A stretch of DNA of 64,000 nt from an uncultured Alphaproteobacteria bacterium (GTDB lineage: Bacteria > Pseudomonadota > Alphaproteobacteria > RF32 > CAG-239), in assembly GCA_944393175.1 (NCBI GenBank), contig CALXZH010000024.1, forward strand, positions 29,813 to 93,812, in the 5' to 3' direction. Shown one piece after another: positions 46,048 through 55,380 of the stretch. The notes under the pieces are model-generated. The model was not told where the DNA came from. It did not search any database and saw nothing but the letters and a program-made list of their open reading frames with translations. Made by a program: the position numbers and the translations under genes. Every line of letters starts with the position of its first letter. Within the stretch, counting starts at the first letter, position 1.

Positions 46048-47274
46048 TTATACTATTTTATTAAATATGTTTACCACATTATTGGTTTCATTTTCTTTAA
46101 CTCCGGCTTGTTTTAGTATGTAATCTTCTATAAGTTGCATTGGCTTACGCAAGGTTTCAGTTTCAAATTGGATATATCCTGCGGTAACATCATCTTCGGA
46201 ATGGTTTAAGAGCTTTTTTAGTGTAAAATTTGTTATTCCGGCAATATGATTATTGGCAATACTGGCAAAAGTTCGGCGAATATCATGTAAAGAGAATTTA
46301 ATACCGCTGTTTTCTGCAATGTGTTGTACAGTTTTTCTTTGATTTTCAACATGCCCACTTTTATTTTGAGCTGGAAAAACGTATATCGAATCGTTATTTT
46401 CTTTTAATTTTAACAAAAACTCTCTTAAATATTCTCCCATCGGTAGAATGTGTTCTTTGTGGTTTTTGGTATGTTCAAAGGTAATGGTGTTTAATTTGAA
46501 GTCAATATTGCACCATTTTAGAGTTCCGGCTTCTTGGTCTCGACATCCAGTAAATAGAATGAATAAACATTGATTTTTAACTGTTTTTACGTTTTCAGTG
46601 TCTTGTTCATGGTGTTGAAGTCCAAAAAAGAAGGTTTTAATTTGAGATGGGTGAATGTAACTTTGTCTTCTGGGTACTTTATTCCATAATTTGAAGGCTT
46701 TTAATCGATTGCAAGGATTGGAAGGAATGATTGGTTCTCCATTTACTATATATTTTTCCATTGCAAAATTAAATACGGCTCTTAAAAATCTAAAATCAGA
46801 GTTAGCAATAGATTTTGATGATTTAGATGTATCCAGAAATCTATTTTCTATCATTTCACGAGAGATATTCGTTAGAGCTTTATTTGCCCAATCTTTAAAA
46901 CAAAGGCGCATACTCCGTTCATATTTTATTTTTGTGCTTTCAGTAATGGTTTTAATCTTAATGTATTCTTCATAGGCTTGTTGTAGGGTAATACTTTTTG
47001 TCTTTTCTTCCTTTTCTCTGGTTGTAATGTCTATGCCTTGAGCTAGATCACCTAGATATTTTTTTGCTATTCTACGAGCTTCTTCGGGAGTAAAAACATT
47101 AATCTGACCTATTTTTTTACGAATTGTTTTTCCTCTATCGTTTCTCGCTTGTATAATATAGCTGATTTTTTTCTTGGTTACTTTTATGCCGAATCCTTTT
47201 AGGTCATCATCCCAGTAAAATTCTTCTTTGTCTGTGAATTTTAACTTATCAATATTTGATTTATTAATTTTCAT
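46048..47274 (-). CDS. int: tyrosine site-specific integrase, P4-type (N-terminal DUF4102-like arm-binding domain)
   Basis: 408 aa; catalytic R (GCRDQEAGTLKW), HDIRRT, and C-terminal VTAGYI Tyr; N-terminal MKINKSNIDKLKFTDKEEFYWDD...GFGIKV typical of P4-family integrases that target tRNA genes. Confidence 0.9.
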   Translation of the reverse strand: MKINKSNIDKLKFTDKEEFYWDDDLKGFGIKVTKKKISYIIQARNDRGKTIRKKIGQINVFTPEEARRIAKKYLGDLAQGIDITTREKEEKTKSITLQQAYEEYIKIKTITESTKIKYERSMRLCFKDWANKALTNISREMIENRFLDTSKSSKSIANSDFRFLRAVFNFAMEKYIVNGEPIIPSNPCNRLKAFKLWNKVPRRQSYIHPSQIKTFFFGLQHHEQDTENVKTVKNQCLFILFTGCRDQEAGTLKWCNIDFKLNTITFEHTKNHKEHILPMGEYLREFLLKLKENNDSIYVFPAQNKSGHVENQRKTVQHIAENSGIKFSLHDIRRTFASIANNHIAGITNFTLKKLLNHSEDDVTAGYIQFETETLRKPMQLIEDYILKQAGVKENETNNVVNIFNKIV

Positions 47275-47446
47275 TTTAAATTTCCTTTCTAAAATCAGTA
47301 AGCAAATAGTAAGCAGATTTGATAGAAATGCTTATGAGATGAGAAATGTTTCTGTAAGAATGAAAATTAAATAAATCAAGTAAAAACAATTGGTTATATA
47401 AGAAACTGTAAACAGAACAAATATGTTGTAATATCGCTTTACCAAA

Positions 47447-47526
47447 ACTGAAAATCCTCGTGTCGGCGGTTCAATCCCGTCCCCGAGCACCATCTAAAAG
47501 CCTTGGTTTTCCAAGGCTTTTGTTGT
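47447..47526 (+). repeat. attR-like direct repeat: copy of tRNA-Phe nt 31-76 plus downstream terminator
   Basis: ACTGAAAATCCTCGTGTCGGCGGTTCAATCCCGTCCCCGAGCACCATCTAAAAGCCTTGGTTTTCCAAGGCTTTT identical to 39801-39875. Confidence 0.9.
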
Positions 47527-47930
47527 ATGGTGCTCTCGCCAATCGAGCGGCGCAGGGCTTGCTCTCTTGGGGACGGGCCTCGCTTTGAAACTTAATTTCA
47601 CTTCCGAAACTGTTCGTTTCGTCGTTCAATAAATTTTCAAAGATGTTGCATACAAAAACAATCAATCGTGATTGTTTTTGCTTAGCCATCCCAACTCGCA
47701 CCATCTAAAAGCCTTGGTTTTCCAAGGCTTTTGTTGTATGGTGCTCTCGCCAATCGAGCGGCGCAGGGCTTGCTCTCTTGGGGACGGGCCTCGCTTTGAA
47801 ACTTAATTTCACTTCCGAAATTGTTCGTTTCGTCGTTCAATAAATTTTCAAAGATGTTGCAGACAAAAACAATCAATCGTGATTGTTTTTGCTTAGCCAT
47901 CCCAACTCGCACCATCTAAAAGCCTCCGAT
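47493..47930 (+). repeat. 211-bp tandem repeat, 2 complete copies + 16-bp start of a third; each unit ends in a tRNA-3'-end mimic (CCCAACTCGCACCA)
   Basis: Units 47493-47703 and 47704-47914 near-identical (period 211); third begins TCTAAAAGCCT then diverges. Confidence 0.9.
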
Positions 47931-48063
47931 TAAGAAAGTTTTGTGTGGCTAAAAGAATTTATTATCTTGTGTCTTACGCCTTATCCTTATATTGTATGAG
48001 TCTAAATTGAAAAAACACTTAGTTTTTTTTTGTCTTTCAGTGATTGATATTATGGATAGGTAG

Positions 48064-48789
48064 ATGAAAATATTTCGTTCGGTGATTTCTTCACGCGGTA
48101 CGTGGCGTTTATATTTCTTGGGAATTAAAATTTTTTCGGTTAAACGAAAGTTGCCTAGTATTTGTGTGGATGCAAAAAATGATGTCTCTGTTCCAAAATT
48201 GAAATATTTGAAAGTTTCTGTTCACGGAAAAAATAATAAGATTTATGTTACTTCGGATATGGATGAAAATACGCGAATATCCTTAATGGTTTTTGGTAAT
48301 AATAATGTTATTCGCATCAATACAAAGCGCTTTATTAATGCTGATATTATTATTGGTTTAAATGATGTTAAAATAGAAAATGCTTTTCTGCTTATTGATG
48401 ATGAAACCTCTATAAACGGTGTAAAAATTTTAATGTCTGAAAACGGTAGCAGGGTTGTTATCGGAAAGGACTGTATGTTTTCTTCAGGGGTAGAAATGTG
48501 GTGTTCGGATACTCACTGTGTATTGGATTTGCAAGGAAATTTATTAAATGTCGGACAATTTATTGAAATAGGGAATCATGTTTGGGTGGGAAAAGATGTT
48601 CACTTTACCAAAAATACTAAAATTGCAGATAATAGTATTGTCGGGTGGTGTTCTAATATTACGGCTCAATTTGATGAGAAAAACGTTATTGTGGCTGGAA
48701 ATCCGGCTAGAATTGTTAAGCGCAATATTCAGTGGAACAGTATGCGTCCGAATGAATATTTAACGTACCAAGTTCTACAGAATAAATAA
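48064..48789 (+). CDS. left-handed beta-helix (hexapeptide-repeat) acetyltransferase
   Basis: 241 aa; hexapeptide repeats in C-terminal half (IGNHVWVGKDVHFTKNTKIADNSIVGWCSNI...VIVAGNPARIV). Confidence 0.55.
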   Translation: MKIFRSVISSRGTWRLYFLGIKIFSVKRKLPSICVDAKNDVSVPKLKYLKVSVHGKNNKIYVTSDMDENTRISLMVFGNNNVIRINTKRFINADIIIGLNDVKIENAFLLIDDETSINGVKILMSENGSRVVIGKDCMFSSGVEMWCSDTHCVLDLQGNLLNVGQFIEIGNHVWVGKDVHFTKNTKIADNSIVGWCSNITAQFDEKNVIVAGNPARIVKRNIQWNSMRPNEYLTYQVLQNK

Positions 48790-48914
48790 TATCTTGTGTT
48801 TTTTCTTTAATGTGCAATTTTTTTTAGAAAATTTCTTTTTTTCTTCATTTATAAATAGTTTTTTAACTTCTTTTCGTTATATGTAGTATAAACATTTTAC
48901 GAAAGGACAAAACG

Positions 48915-49196
48915 ATGAAAAACTTTAACTCTACTTCTAATTCTTCTTTAAACTTAAGTGAAAGCGCTATTCGTGAAGCTGCTTACTATATTTGGAAAAA
49001 TAACGGTTGCCCGGCTAACACCAGCTTGAGCGACTGGAATGCTGCTATTAACCAACTTTCTTCTATGGCTGCTTTGAACTCTGCTGCTAAGAAAATTTCT
49101 ACAAAGACTTCTTCTTGCAAAGCTTCTACCTTGGTTAAGAAAACTCCGGTTAAAAAAGCTGCTAAAACTACTGCCAAAAAGAAATCTTCTAAATAG
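48915..49196 (+). CDS. DUF2934-family small protein
   Basis: IREAAYYIWKNNGCPANTSLSDWNAA matches DUF2934 signature; Ala/Lys-rich tail. Confidence 0.5.
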   Translation: MKNFNSTSNSSLNLSESAIREAAYYIWKNNGCPANTSLSDWNAAINQLSSMAALNSAAKKISTKTSSCKASTLVKKTPVKKAAKTTAKKKSSK

Positions 49197-49302
49197 TTGG
49201 TATGTTGGTAAACTAAAGGCTCCGCAAAAGGAGCCTTTTTTCATAATTATTTAATCTTTTTGATTTAATATGCTTTTATTATTAAGTGTTGGGAGATGTC
49301 AT

Positions 49303-49545
49303 ATGTTTGATGAAAAAACTATTCGTGAGACGGCTTATTATATTTGGAAAAATAACGGTTGTCCGGCTAATACTTCTACTCAGGATTGGAATGCCGCAAT
49401 TGAGCAATTAGAGCAGAAAGATGCTTTGGCTACCGCTAAACAAATATCTTCTTTGTATCAAGCGGCTTTCTTGAATTCTTTGACCAAAAGCAAAAGCCGT
49501 AAAAAAGATAGCTTACAGTTAATGCGCCAAATCATTTTGAAATAA
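49303..49545 (+). CDS. DUF2934-family small protein (paralog)
   Basis: IRETAYYIWKNNGCPANTSTQDWNAA; ATG 49303 preceded by GGGAGA RBS. Confidence 0.5.
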   Translation: MFDEKTIRETAYYIWKNNGCPANTSTQDWNAAIEQLEQKDALATAKQISSLYQAAFLNSLTKSKSRKKDSLQLMRQIILK

Positions 49546-49561
49546 AATTTCTTTGTGATAA

Positions 49562-49598
49562 CAAAAGCCCCGAAGTTTTAAGCTTTCGGGGTTTTTTG
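49562..49598. terminator. bidirectional rho-independent terminator
   Basis: CCCCGAA-loop-TTCGGGG hairpin flanked by A-run/T-run between convergent genes. Confidence 0.65.
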
Positions 49599-49603
49599 TT
49601 GGA

Positions 49604-52057
49604 TTATTTTTTGGCGGCCATAATTTTGAGGGCATCTTCCAGGGTTAATTCTTTATCCTTAAATTCTTTGGGGATGGCATAATTGTTTTTGCCGCATTTA
49701 ATATAAGGACCATATCTGCCGCTCAAAACCGTAATATCGGCTTTGTCTTTGGGGTTTTGACCCAAAATTTTGCCGCTCGGGCGTTCGGCAACATTTTTTA
49801 ATATCTCTTCGGCACGCTCTAACGTAATGTTAAAAATGGTATCGTTGCCGGTTAAAGATTTTGATTTGTTGCCTTGTTTGAGGTAAGGGCCGAACTTGCC
49901 GATATTAACTTCTATGCCGTTGCCGAGCGTACGGGGAAGTGAGGCTAAAATTTGGGCTTGTTCGGGGGTTATTTCTTCTGGTTTTAAGTTTCTGGGCAGG
50001 GCAATCCTTTTGGGTTTTTCGGTGGTGGCGGTTGCATCTTCACCCAGCTGGACATAATAACCATAAGGTCCTTTTTTAAGATATACTTTTAAGCCGTTGA
50101 TTTCACCCATTTCTTTGTCTTCCGGATTGGGGGCCTTGGGTGTATCGTTGCTCATCTCTTCGGTGACATCGGTCAAGGGTTTGGTGTATTTGCATTCAGG
50201 GTAGTTTGAGCACCCCAAAAAGGCGCCGAATTTGCCCAGTTTAATACTTAGCCTGCCTTTGCCGCATTCCGGACATATGCGCGGGTCTGAGCCGTCTGCA
50301 CGGGGCGGAAACAGGTGATACGACAAAACTTCATCAATTTTATTGATAACTTCGCTGATTTGTAAGGGTTGTACGGCGTCAATATTTTTGATGAACTTGG
50401 TCCAGAAGCCGCCCAAGAGTTTTTTCCAATCCATTTCGCCGTTGGATATGTCATCCAGATATTCCTCTAACTGAGCCGTGAAATCATATTCAACATATTT
50501 TTTGAAGAAGTTTTCCAAAAAGACGGTGACAATACGGCCGCGGTCTTCAGGAATAAAACGCAACTTCTCAACGCGAACATATTTGCGCTCTTGCAAAACG
50601 GCAATAATCGAAGCATAAGTTGACGGACGACCAATACCCAATTCTTCCAGCTTTTTGACCAAACTTGCTTCGGTAAACCGCGGAGGAGGGGTGGTGAAGT
50701 GTTGTTCCGGCGTAATCTCGCCTTTGGTTACGGCTTCTCCGGTTTCAACATTCGGCAAAATGCGATTTTCATCATCGTCATCACTGTCGTCTTTGCTTTC
50801 AACGTATAATTTTAAGAAACCGTCAAAGTTGATAACCTGTCCATTGGCACGCAATAAAATTTGTCCGTCGGCGGAGGTGGCATCAACCGTTACTTTATCC
50901 ATAATTGCCGGGTTCATTTGACAAGCGACGGTTCTTTTCCAGATGAGCTCATAGAGTTTATGAGAATCGGAATCCAGTTTGCTTTCGAGTTTTTTCGGAG
51001 TTTCATCAACATGAGCCGGACGAATAGCTTCGTGGGCTTCTTGGGCATTTTTAGACTTAGTTTTATATTCTTTGGCCGTTTTGGGCAAATAGGCTTCGCC
51101 AAAATACTTCAAAATCGCGGCACGGCAAGCCTCAATGGCTTCTTTGGATAAGTTAACCGCATCGGTACGCATATAGGTGATAAAACCGGCTTCGTAGAGC
51201 TTTTGGGCAATTTGCATGGTTTTTTTGGCACTGAAACGCAGTTTGCGTGCGGCTTCTTGTTGCAAGGTTGAGGTGGTGAAAGGTGGCGCCGGATAGCGGT
51301 TGGTCTTTTTGCGCTCAACATTGGAAATGGCAAATTCTTGCGCTTCAATCTTTGCTTTAGCTTCCAGTGCCTTGGCCTCTGAATTTAAATCAAATTTTTC
51401 TAATTTCTTGCCGTCCAGATTAATCAGGTGCGTTTTTATCAGGGCTTGGGTTTTGGTAATTAAATCGGCGTCAACCGTCCAATATTCTTCGGCTTTGAAT
51501 TTTTCAATTTCGGTTTCGCGGTCGCAAATCAGACGCAAAGCAACCGATTGAACACGTCCGGCTGACTTGGAACCGGGAAGTTTGCGCCACAAAACCGGAG
51601 ATAACGTAAAACCAACCAAATAATCTAAGGCTCGGCGCGCCATATAGGCTGAAACTAAGTTCTCGTCAATTTGGCGGGGATGTTTGATGGCTTCGGTAAT
51701 GGCCGATTTGGTGATTTCATGGAAGACAACACGCTCGATTTTTTTGTCTTTGATTTTTTTGCGGGCGGTCAGTTCTGCCAAAATGTGCCAAGCAATTGCT
51801 TCTCCTTCTCTATCCGGGTCGGATGCGAGAATAATGGTGTCGGCGTCTTTGACTGCGGCAATTATATCGTTGAGGTGTTTTTTGCCGCCGGGGCTTAACT
51901 CCCATTTCATTGCGAAATCTTCATCGGGATTGACCGAACCGTCTTTGCTCGGCAAATCTCTGATGTGGCCGAAACTCGCCAGTACTTTATAGTCACTTCC
52001 TAAATATTTGTTGATTGTTTTGGCTTTGGCAGGAGATTCCACAATAACTAATTTCAT
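49604..52057 (-). CDS. topA: DNA topoisomerase I
   Basis: 817 aa; TOPRIM N-terminus (MKLVIVESPAKAKTI), catalytic region, C-terminal zinc-ribbon (CPECGKGRL...CSNYPEC). Confidence 0.9.
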   Translation of the reverse strand: MKLVIVESPAKAKTINKYLGSDYKVLASFGHIRDLPSKDGSVNPDEDFAMKWELSPGGKKHLNDIIAAVKDADTIILASDPDREGEAIAWHILAELTARKKIKDKKIERVVFHEITKSAITEAIKHPRQIDENLVSAYMARRALDYLVGFTLSPVLWRKLPGSKSAGRVQSVALRLICDRETEIEKFKAEEYWTVDADLITKTQALIKTHLINLDGKKLEKFDLNSEAKALEAKAKIEAQEFAISNVERKKTNRYPAPPFTTSTLQQEAARKLRFSAKKTMQIAQKLYEAGFITYMRTDAVNLSKEAIEACRAAILKYFGEAYLPKTAKEYKTKSKNAQEAHEAIRPAHVDETPKKLESKLDSDSHKLYELIWKRTVACQMNPAIMDKVTVDATSADGQILLRANGQVINFDGFLKLYVESKDDSDDDDENRILPNVETGEAVTKGEITPEQHFTTPPPRFTEASLVKKLEELGIGRPSTYASIIAVLQERKYVRVEKLRFIPEDRGRIVTVFLENFFKKYVEYDFTAQLEEYLDDISNGEMDWKKLLGGFWTKFIKNIDAVQPLQISEVINKIDEVLSYHLFPPRADGSDPRICPECGKGRLSIKLGKFGAFLGCSNYPECKYTKPLTDVTEEMSNDTPKAPNPEDKEMGEINGLKVYLKKGPYGYYVQLGEDATATTEKPKRIALPRNLKPEEITPEQAQILASLPRTLGNGIEVNIGKFGPYLKQGNKSKSLTGNDTIFNITLERAEEILKNVAERPSGKILGQNPKDKADITVLSGRYGPYIKCGKNNYAIPKEFKDKELTLEDALKIMAAKK

Positions 52058-52071
52058 AACTCTTCTTCCAT

Positions 52072-53202
52072 TTACTTAATTAATGCGACTTTGTTGCCTG
52101 CTAGATACTCAATCTTGCCGTCTAATTCCAATTCTAATAATTGGAGCGACAAGGTTGAAGAATCGAGCCCGGATATACGGATGATTTCATCAATGCCGAC
52201 GCCTTCAGGGGTCAAATATTGCAAAATATCCGCTTGCCTTGATGAAGACAACAACGGGGATTGTGTGTCTGGAATATTTGCAATTTTTACCTCTTTGTCA
52301 AGAGGCTTGGCAAATAAATCCCCTTGTTTGACTTTAGGTGTTGCTCGCTTAAAATCGTGCGAAGTTAGGGTTTCCAAGATGTCTTGCGCGGTTTCAATTA
52401 AGGCTGCACCTTCTTTTATCAGTTTATTCGGGCCGTGGGAGCGGGCATCATTGGGCGAGCCCGGTAGGGCATAAACCTCACGCCCTTGTTCGAGCGCAAA
52501 ACCGGCGGTGATGAGTGAGCCGGAGTGCAAAGTGGCCTCAATAATCAAAGTTCCGTCGCTTAAGCCCGAAATGATACGATTGCGTCTCGGAAAATTGGCG
52601 GCATTTGGTTGTGTGCCCAAAGGAAATTCAGATACAATAGCTCCTTGGGCAGCGATTAGCTCATAGGTGGCAGTATTTTCTTTGGGATAGATGACATCAA
52701 CACCTGTTCCTAATACGGCAATGGTTGCTCCGGTTTGATTGTTGGCATAAAGTGCACCTTTGTGGGCCGAAGTATCAATGCCTCTGGCTAATCCGGAAAC
52801 CACCATAACGCCGGCATTGCTTAAATCAAAGGCAATTTGGGAGGCAAGTTTGCGGCCAGGCAATGAAGCATTACGAGCACCGGCAATGGCTAATGATTTT
52901 TCGGGATTGAGGCACTCTGGGTTTCCTTTAACATAGAGAATCGGTGGGGCATCGGCAATGTGGCGTAATCTTTGCGGGTAAGCATCGTCGGCAAAGGTTA
53001 GAATATGAATACCTAATTTATGCGCCAGCTCTAATTCTTTTTGGGCAAGGGTACTCGGATAAGGGGTAAAACGTTGCGGCAAGTGTTTAAGTGCGCTTGA
53101 TACGCTCTTGTATTTCTGCAAAAGTTTGTAGAAAGTTATCGGACCGATGTTCTCGGTGTTTATCAGCCGTATAAAATCTATTATCTCTTGAGTACTTGCC
53201 AT
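52072..53202 (-). CDS. dprA: DNA-processing protein DprA/Smf
   Basis: 376 aa; DprA Rossmann-like core (GARNASLPG, VVVSGLARGIDTSAH). Confidence 0.85.
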   Translation of the reverse strand: MASTQEIIDFIRLINTENIGPITFYKLLQKYKSVSSALKHLPQRFTPYPSTLAQKELELAHKLGIHILTFADDAYPQRLRHIADAPPILYVKGNPECLNPEKSLAIAGARNASLPGRKLASQIAFDLSNAGVMVVSGLARGIDTSAHKGALYANNQTGATIAVLGTGVDVIYPKENTATYELIAAQGAIVSEFPLGTQPNAANFPRRNRIISGLSDGTLIIEATLHSGSLITAGFALEQGREVYALPGSPNDARSHGPNKLIKEGAALIETAQDILETLTSHDFKRATPKVKQGDLFAKPLDKEVKIANIPDTQSPLLSSSRQADILQYLTPEGVGIDEIIRISGLDSSTLSLQLLELELDGKIEYLAGNKVALIK

Positions 53203-53209
53203 TAGACGT

Positions 53210-53851
53210 TTATTTCTTTTTGAAGCTGATTTTGCTTTCTTGTCCTTTAATCAAACGGATAATGTTGCCGCGGTGGCGAACCAAAACCAATAAGGCAATG
53301 GCTGAATAAAAAATCGTGTAGGTCGGTTCGCTTAAGAAAAAGGCATAAAACGGCGTTGCAACGGCGGCTATGATGGCCGATAAAGACGAGTAACGCGTAA
53401 TAAAAGCGCAAGCCAACCAGGTGCCTAAGTCAAGCAAAGCAATTTGCGGCGAGGTAGCTAAAATAAAACCAAATGTTGAGGCAACACCTTTGCCGCCTTT
53501 GAACTTGAGCCAAATCGGAAAATTGTGGCCGATGACGCCAAAAGAACCGGCGATTAATCCGGAAACAATGTTGACTTGAGTCATATTGCCAAAAATTATG
53601 CAATCGGCACTCGGCGTGAAACTTGCGGCAAGAAATGCGGCAATGCCTGCTTTGGAGGCGTCGAAAATGACTGTTAATAAAGCTAAGTCCTTGCGACCGG
53701 TACGCAAAACATTAGTGGCGCCTATGTTGCCGGAGCCGATTTTACGGATGTCGCCTAATCCGGCCATACGCGTTAAAACCAAACCAAAGGGAATTGAACC
53801 CAATAAATACCCACCAAATGCACAAATCAAAAAAATTGAAGGAACACTCAT
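53210..53851 (-). CDS. plsY: glycerol-3-phosphate acyltransferase PlsY
   Basis: 213 aa membrane protein with PlsY motifs (GSGNIGATNVLRTG, FKGGKGVAT). Confidence 0.85.
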   Translation of the reverse strand: MSVPSIFLICAFGGYLLGSIPFGLVLTRMAGLGDIRKIGSGNIGATNVLRTGRKDLALLTVIFDASKAGIAAFLAASFTPSADCIIFGNMTQVNIVSGLIAGSFGVIGHNFPIWLKFKGGKGVASTFGFILATSPQIALLDLGTWLACAFITRYSSLSAIIAAVATPFYAFFLSEPTYTIFYSAIALLVLVRHRGNIIRLIKGQESKISFKKK

Positions 53852-54049
53852 AGTTTCTGGCCTATATAATTGTTAAAACTCAACTTATTGTTAAACGTAT
53901 CGTAACCTTTTTTCAACTATATTTTTATATCATGTGCATGGAAGATAAGATGAAAAGTGTCTTTTCTGCATAAAAGCTGAAATTTATAGATGACAAGACG
54001 ATAAAAATAGTTAATATGAAAAAAACTACTCGAGAAGGTTATAAAAATT

Positions 54050-54769
54050 ATGAAACCAATTTATAAACGCATCTTACTTAAACTCTCAGGCGAGGGCTTG
54101 ATGGGGGATAAAAACTTCGGTATGTCGGCCGAGGTCATTATGCGTTTGGCAAAACAAATCAAATCCGTTCAAGACAGCGGTGTCCAAGTTTGTTTGGTAG
54201 TTGGCGGCGGAAATATCTTTCGCGGGGCTAAAGAAGCCGTGAATGGAATGAACCGTACCGTGGCTGACCAAATCGGTATGCTGGCAACCGTGATGAATGC
54301 TTTGTCTTTACAAAACGCTTTGGAAAGTTTGGGCTGTGAGGTCAGAGTGTTGTCCGGAATTCATATTCCGGATGTGTGTGAGAACTATGTCTATCGCAGA
54401 GCCTTAAGACATTTGGAAAAGAATCGAATCATTATTTTTGCCGGAGGAACAGGTAATCCTTATTTTACAACAGATACAGGTGCTGCCCTGAGAGCATCAG
54501 AAATGCAATGCGACGCTTTGCTCAAAGCTACGCAAGTCGACGGCGTGTATGATGCCGATCCGAAAACAAATCCTCAAGCGCAACGTTTTAGCGTAATTTC
54601 TTATGATGAAGTTATTGCAAAACAGCTCAAAGTTATGGATATGACGGCAGTCGCGCTTGCTCGAGAAAACAATATTCCAATTATCGTCTTTGCTCAAAGC
54701 GGTGAACAGTCTTTGGCAGATGCCGTGGCGGGAAAAGGCAATTTTACAATCATTAAAAAAGAGGTATAG
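54050..54769 (+). CDS. pyrH: UMP kinase
   Basis: 239 aa; RILLKLSGE, VVGGGNIFRG signatures. Confidence 0.9.
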   Translation: MKPIYKRILLKLSGEGLMGDKNFGMSAEVIMRLAKQIKSVQDSGVQVCLVVGGGNIFRGAKEAVNGMNRTVADQIGMLATVMNALSLQNALESLGCEVRVLSGIHIPDVCENYVYRRALRHLEKNRIIIFAGGTGNPYFTTDTGAALRASEMQCDALLKATQVDGVYDADPKTNPQAQRFSVISYDEVIAKQLKVMDMTAVALARENNIPIIVFAQSGEQSLADAVAGKGNFTIIKKEV

Positions 54770-54770
54770 T

Positions 54771-55334
54771 ATGGCTGATTTTAATCAAATCAAAAATGAC
54801 AGCAAAAACAGAATGGAAAAAACACTTGAAACACTGAGAGGCGATTTCGGTGGTTTGCGTGCCGGTAGAGCTCATGTGAGCTTGCTCGACGGTATTATGG
54901 TGGAAGCATATGGCTCGATGACACCTTTATCTCAAGTCGGTACAATCAGTGTGCCCGATCCAAGAACATTGTCGGTAAGTGTTTGGGACCGCTCTTTGGC
55001 AAAGGCCGTTGATAAAGCGTTAAGAGAATCCGATTTGGGACTCAATCCGGCATCAGATGGTCAACTTATTCGTATTCCGATTCCGCCATTGAGTGAGGAA
55101 AGAAGAAAAGAACTGGTTAAAATTGCCGGAAAATATGCCGAGCAAACCAAAGTGGCTATTCGTAATATTCGTCGCGATGCTTTGGATGATGTGAAAAAAC
55201 TTAAAAAAGATAATCAAATCTCCGAAGATGATGAAAAAAGATATGAAAACGAAATTCAAAAATTAACCGACGACTCTATCAAAAAAATAGAGGATATGCT
55301 CGAGACAAAAGAAAAAGATATTATGCAGGTCTAA
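54771..55334 (+). CDS. frr: ribosome recycling factor
   Basis: ~187 aa from MADFNQIKN (ATG right after pyrH stop); RRF-like throughout; ORF-track N-extension overlaps pyrH. Confidence 0.9.
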   Translation: MADFNQIKNDSKNRMEKTLETLRGDFGGLRAGRAHVSLLDGIMVEAYGSMTPLSQVGTISVPDPRTLSVSVWDRSLAKAVDKALRESDLGLNPASDGQLIRIPIPPLSEERRKELVKIAGKYAEQTKVAIRNIRRDALDDVKKLKKDNQISEDDEKRYENEIQKLTDDSIKKIEDMLETKEKDIMQV

Positions 55335-55380
55335 TATTGGCATAAGTAGGGATAACTTTTAGTATTTAAGGTTTTTTGTT

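Larger units (their letters stand above)
39847..47526. mobile_element. tRNA-Phe-integrated genomic island (P4-like/PICI-like satellite architecture: int-alpA-repA + cargo), ~7.7 kb
   Basis: Intact tRNA-Phe at left; ~80-bp direct repeat of tRNA nt 31-76 plus terminator at 47447-47526; integrase next to right repeat; AlpA and RepA-like genes; strongly AT-rich intergenic regions; 20-bp internal direct repeats near both ends. Confidence 0.8.

Noticed and set aside
47471-47915. Two identical 77-aa minus-strand ORFs (47471-47704 and 47682-47915) in the ORF track
   Set aside because: They are artefacts of the 211-bp tandem repeat (identical because the DNA is identical). They lie over tRNA-derived and terminator sequence and have no RBS. 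They are not treated as genes.
47493-47930. Possible CRISPR array (regular direct repeats)
   Set aside because: The period is 211 bp with no unique spacers between short repeats. The units are full-length duplications including tRNA-trailer sequence, not 25-40-bp repeats with spacers.
54657-54770. N-terminal extension of the frr ORF overlapping pyrH (and similar extensions for cdsA at 55976 and the second AlgJ-like gene at 2452)
   Set aside because: Six-frame ORFs simply extend upstream to the previous in-frame stop. Conserved protein N-termini (MADFNQ for RRF, MEKSK for CdsA) and gene boundaries fit the internal starts.
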